Shown: positions 28,003-29,197 of the stretch, piece by piece
How positions within the stretch are numbered: position 1 is the stretch's first letter
Layout: each line of letters begins with the position of its first letter
Source: Thermomicrobiales bacterium
GTDB taxonomy: Bacteria > Chloroflexota > Chloroflexia > Thermomicrobiales > UBA6265
Reading direction: 5' to 3'
Length of the DNA stretch: 29,197 bases
Assembly (NCBI GenBank): GCA_030447145.1
Contig: JAUJLY010000001.1
Location: 4,907-34,103, forward strand
Position numbers and translations under genes: made by a program
Notes under the pieces: generated by a model
The model's database searches: none
What the model was told of the DNA's origin: nothing
The model's input: the letters and a program-made list of their open reading frames with translations, nothing else

Positions 28003-28488
28003 ATGCCAGCAACCACCGATCCCCCTGAGAAACCAGAAGGGCACCGACCGAAAACCCGGCTCGAACGCCAGATCGAAGAGATCCTTGAGCGGGCGGAGCG
28101 GGACAACCCGCTGCCACCACCGATTTCTGTTGAGCAAGAAAAGCGCAAGCGCACGCCTAACCCGCTGACAAGCCCTCGCGTCCAGAATATTGGTTCATCC
28201 GCACGTCGTTGGCTCACCGTCTCGCCATTTATTGTGGCGTTCTTACTTGCAGTCGTGGCCCGGGCGGTCAGCGAGGTTTCCCCGTTCCTTGCGCACTTCG
28301 CCGTATCGGCTGCCGTCATTGCCTTTTTCTGGCCAATTCTCGAAAGCATCCGGAACAAGCAGAGCGGAACGCCTACGGCCACTATGTGGCGTGGAAGAGA
28401 CATGAGCGACTTGGCAAACCGGAGGGAGTACCCTACGCCGCTGGAGCAGATCCGGCAGTGGTTCCGCGATCGCCGTTCACGTCCCTAG
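28003..28488 (+). CDS. Hypothetical membrane protein with two TM helices
   Basis: Charged N-terminus (LERQIEEILER), a hairpin of two hydrophobic segments, and a C-terminal MWRGR motif followed by an amphipathic helix. Confidence 0.75.
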   Translation: MPATTDPPEKPEGHRPKTRLERQIEEILERAERDNPLPPPISVEQEKRKRTPNPLTSPRVQNIGSSARRWLTVSPFIVAFLLAVVARAVSEVSPFLAHFAVSAAVIAFFWPILESIRNKQSGTPTATMWRGRDMSDLANRREYPTPLEQIRQWFRDRRSRP

Positions 28489-28547
28489 GGGCGGCAGGTT
28501 CAGGGATCCCGATACACGAATCGCTCAATAGATGGAGCATCCGCTGC

Positions 28548-29192
28548 ATGCCTCAGGTACTCTCCGATATCGTCGATGTGTACGTCTTCCGCCGCCTCAA
28601 TGCCCGTGTCCAGTTCCTGCTGCTCCAGCGCCGGTCTGATGTTGCTTTTCCGCACACCTGGCAAGCGTTTCATTCTCAAGTACGTGTCGGCGATACCACT
28701 CTGCAGACGATCATGGCGACCGTGAGGAGCCTGGCAGGCCTCAACGTTAGTGCCATTTACTCCGCTGATTACATTAACCAGTTTTACGACGAAGGACGCG
28801 ATGCGATCGTGCTTGCCCCTGTCTTTGCCGTGAATGTGAGCCCGCAGTCACCCATCGACCTGGGAGATGACTATCGCGACGCGGCCTGGTTCGGCCGGGA
28901 CGAAGCGACCGCGCGCCTCCCCTTCTCCGGCCAAAGATGGGCTGTCCGCCACATCGATGAGATTATGAGCCTCGGTGAGGCCGAGTCTGGTATCTATCAG
29001 ATCGATATGTCCACAATCCAGCCCCGTCAACAGGCGGCCGGGTCTGTCGACGATTTGGACGACGATGACCAGGTGACGGAGGAGTATGACGGAACGTCGC
29101 TGGCTACAGCTGCCTCCGTTGCAGACGCGGAGCATCAGCCGGACAACGGCCATGAGAGCAATTCCGCATCGCAAGAAGAAGAGGGCACCTAA
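28548..29192 (+). CDS. Nudix-fold protein (NudB/dATP-pyrophosphohydrolase-like) with a degenerate Nudix box and an acidic tail
   Basis: VDVYVFRR....FLLLQR, W upstream of the box, INQFY...D.I...PVFA, AW...EA..RLPF all match Nudix architecture. SD GGAG at 28534-28537. The ORF-track start at 28209 overlaps the upstream gene. Confidence 0.8.
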   Translation: MPQVLSDIVDVYVFRRLNARVQFLLLQRRSDVAFPHTWQAFHSQVRVGDTTLQTIMATVRSLAGLNVSAIYSADYINQFYDEGRDAIVLAPVFAVNVSPQSPIDLGDDYRDAAWFGRDEATARLPFSGQRWAVRHIDEIMSLGEAESGIYQIDMSTIQPRQQAAGSVDDLDDDDQVTEEYDGTSLATAASVADAEHQPDNGHESNSASQEEEGT

Positions 29193-29197
29193 TCTTC

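Noticed and set aside
28209-28547. 113-codon extension of the Nudix ORF
   Set aside because: It overlaps the 28003-28488 membrane gene; Nudix similarity and the SD begin at ATG 28548.

Overview
Housekeeping-rich chromosomal segment of a GC-rich bacterium. Gene content and protein style suggest Chloroflexota, possibly Thermomicrobiales; this is an inference that I did not check against any database. In order, the window holds the 3' part of a peptide/nickel-type ABC transporter cluster (SBP, two permeases) and a zinc-ribbon membrane protein; rpsO-pnp on the minus strand; mtnP, a SEDS (RodA/FtsW) gene and a class B PBP; a zincin-like gene, a membrane protein, gyrB and plsX; a long minus-strand translation block (nusA-ylxR/rnpM-infB-rbfA-DHH-truB-ribF, then infC-rpmI-rplT-TrmH family-HU); and finally an SH3 protein, tyrA, two hypotheticals and a Nudix-fold gene. 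I found no tRNA, rRNA, CRISPR array, phage or intact mobile element, and no clear new multi-gene system. The most unusual signals: (1) NusA has a C-terminal extension resembling the Mu/IS21 transposase C-terminal beta-barrel instead of the usual acidic repeats; (2) the Nudix protein has lost the conserved residues of its Nudix box; (3) structured candidate autoregulatory leaders precede rpsO, infC, nusA and pnp; (4) the PBP has three predicted N-terminal membrane helices. Several start codons were corrected relative to the ORF track, including an ATT start for infC.
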